The position numbers were made by a program, and so were the translations under genes. Below the pieces are notes generated by a model. It made no database searches, had not been told where the DNA came from, and saw nothing but the letters and a program-made list of their open reading frames with translations. A stretch of 63,902 nt of DNA, counting the filler, from Olpidium bornovanus S191 (Eukaryota > Fungi > Olpidiomycota), in NCBI GenBank assembly GCA_017911155.1. It is 27 parts of 27 records of this genome, joined end to end, with 100 filler letters (N's around TTAATTAATTAA, not from the genome) between each part and the next. Parts side by side here need not be neighbours in the genome. Positions count along the whole stretch, not along the records: positions 61,387 to 62,635 come from JAEFCI010000757.1; positions 62,736 to 63,902 come from JAEFCI010008148.1; 25 more parts are not named here. One strand, 5' to 3'. This document shows positions 61,545 through 63,902 of this stretch, piece after piece. Position 1 is the first letter of the stretch; every line of letters starts with the position of its first letter.

Positions 61545-62635
61545 TCCGCAGGCTATCCTATGCAACCCATGTCGCCTGCACCCGCCCATGCCGGAGGGTA
61601 CGGGTCGCGCCAGCTGTCGCCTCCGCATTCCGGAGGTTACATGCAGCACCCGTCGCCGGTCGCGCCGAGCTCGGGATACAGGTACCCGATCAGCTCGCAG
61701 CCGCAGTACAATAACATGTCCGGCGGGCAGATGCCGGCGGGCTCCGGGGCGATGCTGGCCCGAAAGCGGACCATGCGCAACGTCCAGCTGACCAACGGAA
61801 ACCTGGTGATCGAGTCGCCCGTGCCCGACCGCGTGCTGGCCAACGCCGCCTACCGCACCGGCGAGGAGTTCACGCACATGCGTTACACGGCGGCGACGTG
61901 CGACCCGAACGATTTCGAGAAACAGAGCTACACTCTCAGGCCCGCGATGTACGGCCGGCAGACCGAGCTGTTCGTCGTGATGACCATGTGAGTCACCCTC
62001 CCACCCACCGGGTTGGGGAAAGGGAGAGAAGGAGGCAGGGAGGGACAGAGTGGTGGTGGGTGAGGGCAGTCCTAGCGGCGCTGACCCCCAACACGTTTGT
62101 TGCAGGTACAACGAAAACGACGAGCTCTTCTGCAACACCATGTCGTCCGTGATGAAAAACATTGCGTTCCTCTGCACCCGCTCCAAATCCCGCACCTGGG
62201 GCAACAACGGATGGCAGAAAGCGACCGTGTGCGTCGTCGCAGACGGTCGAAAGAAGATCCACCCGCGGGTGCTCACCGTCCTCGCGGCGATGGGCGTTTA
62301 CCAGGATGTACGTGCGGGGAGGGGTGTCGCACGTCCGCTAACTTTTTTTTTTTTTTTTTTTTTTTTTGGGCGGAGAAGGGGCCCGTTCCCAACTTGCGAT
62401 GGCGTCTTTTTGCTCTGACGTCTTCACGCGCGATAATCGTTTCGCAGGGAATTGCCAAGAATACGGTAAACGGCAAAGATGTGACGGCGCACATTTACGA
62501 GTACACGACGCAGATCATGGTTGACCAGGAGCTCAAATTACGCGGCGCGGACAAGGGACTAGTCCCGGTGCAGATCATCTTCTGCCTGAAGGAGCAGAAC
62601 AAGAAGAAGCTGAACTCGCACCGCTGGTTCTTTAA
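61545..62635 (+). CDS. CHS: Division-1 (class I/II) chitin synthase, partial
   Basis: [87 protein letters not shown]. Confidence 0.97.
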
Positions 62636-62735
62636 NNNNNNNNNNNNNNNNNNNNNNNNNNNNNNNNNNNNNNNNNNNNTTAATTAATTAANNNNNNNNN
62701 NNNNNNNNNNNNNNNNNNNNNNNNNNNNNNNNNNN

Positions 62736-63902
62736 CCGCTCCGGAAACCGCTTCCGAACGTGAATGGCAAAAAAAACCGCCTGTCTAAGGCATTCTGTAA
62801 TTGCACTTCAAACTAACCGCAATTGTGGTTGATGTGCGAAAAGTCCTTGTCGTGCGAGTCCCGCATCAAAAAGATATTTTTCTCCGCGTCGTCGGAAATG
62901 CCCGAGACGTAGCTGCTCAGCCAGGTCGGTGCGCGATTGACGTCGACCTCGCGGTTGTGGATTAAGTTCGGGTCGACGGGCCTCTGGAACAGGACAGTCC
63001 CCTTTGGTATGAAATCGCGAGCGTACTGCTTGAGACCGTCGTCCATCGTGAGATTCCCGAGAGGGGTAAACTGTGCGGAGCGGCGCGCGGGAATGTAAAA
63101 GTGGTCTAACGCGGGGCTCGTCTGCGGGGCCGCCGCCGTCGCGGGATACCGCGGAGGTCCGACGCGCAAACTCGATCCGACAGAGCGGGCCGCGCGGACG
63201 AGCTCGAAGAGCGCGCGGAAGAACTCGTCGGGCACCGCCTCGAAGTTGAAGTTCACGAAAGTCGCCACCGCGTACCGGTGCTGCGGGAAGGCGTGCACGG
63301 CCACGTGCCCGGACGAGAGCGCGGCGTACGCGATTACCTCGGTGGCGGCCGCGGGATCTGAGCTCCTCCCTTGGCGGTCCTCGCCGGGTCTGTTTGCCGC
63401 CAAGCGCCGCACGAGGTCTGGGCCGTGGTTGGTCAGGTTCACGTGCGCGTCAGAATTTTCCGTTGCGACCGACACGACGGTCGCGTGGGCGCGCCCGGCG
63501 GCCTCCACGACGGCTTTCCGCAGGCGCTCCGGACGGGACAGCACGTCTGTTTCGCAGCCGAAAAACTCCCGCTGCACCGTGGAACCCCGCAGGACCGGAT
63601 CGGAGAGCCAGTCGATGGAAGCGTGAGAGTACGGCGCGTACGATTTGAGCGCTCCGGACCACGACGCCGCCGCCTCCTCGTCCGTGTGCCTGGCGAGCAA
63701 GTTGCGGAGCCAGGACGGGAGGTTAAACATGCTGAGATGCGTGTGGCCGTCGTAATGCTCGAGTTTCTCGGTGGTCCTCCGGTCGCGCGTCAGTTCCACG
63801 TAGTCGGGCGAAAGGTTCCGCGGGTCCACGATGCCGCCGCTGTCGTACATGACGTGGAAACCCACGAGCTGCGAGATCGACTGCACAAACGCGGAATACA
63901 GG
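62736..63902 (-). CDS. Tri-domain fusion: aminopropyltransferase C-terminus, degenerate bacterial-type AdoMet decarboxylase domain, SET domain; partial at both ends
   Basis: One frame, open from the window edge to 62813. APT: LYSAFVQSI..GF and KLEHYDGHTHLSMFNLPSWLRNLL. AdoMetDC-like: EFFGCETDVL..PERLRKAVVEAA..ATVV and ALSSGHVAVHAFPQHRYA. SET: QYARDFIPKGT and HINHNC, followed by a GTTAGT donor. Confidence 0.75.

Noticed and set aside
1-63902. rRNA, tRNA, CRISPR arrays, prokaryotic operons or defence systems
   Set aside because: None was recognised; the sequence is eukaryotic with spliceosomal introns. A tRNAscan-SE/Infernal run would be needed to exclude small RNAs.

Overview
This window is not one locus. 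It is 27 short eukaryotic contigs (about 1.1-4.6 kb) joined by 26 artificial 100-nt linkers (44 N + TTAATTAATTAA + 44 N), so gene adjacency across linkers means nothing. The genes are GC-rich, intron-containing and fungal-type (Ste11-like MAPKKK, Cla4-like PAK, hexokinase, aspartate kinase, MRD1, RSA4, UBR1, RPC82, ARC1, Ent3-like epsin, division-1 chitin synthase). Axonemal genes (DNAH1, RSPH3) are also present, which points to a zoosporic fungus; Olpidium is my unverified guess. Mobile-element debris includes a Ty3/gypsy integrase, a DIRS-type RT with a second overlapping open frame, and a Helitron Rep. The strongest lead is the last contig (62736-63902, minus). One reading frame there fuses an aminopropyltransferase C-terminus, a bacterial-type AdoMet decarboxylase-like domain lacking the ESH self-cleavage site, and a SET domain, a combination I know only from the putative long-chain-polyamine fusion proteins of diatoms. 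Other leads: meiosis-linked MLH3 and an MCMDC2-like gene rebuilt from five micro-exons, and 13 of 52 contig ends falling exactly on CATG. All protein identities come from motif recognition by eye; no database search was run.
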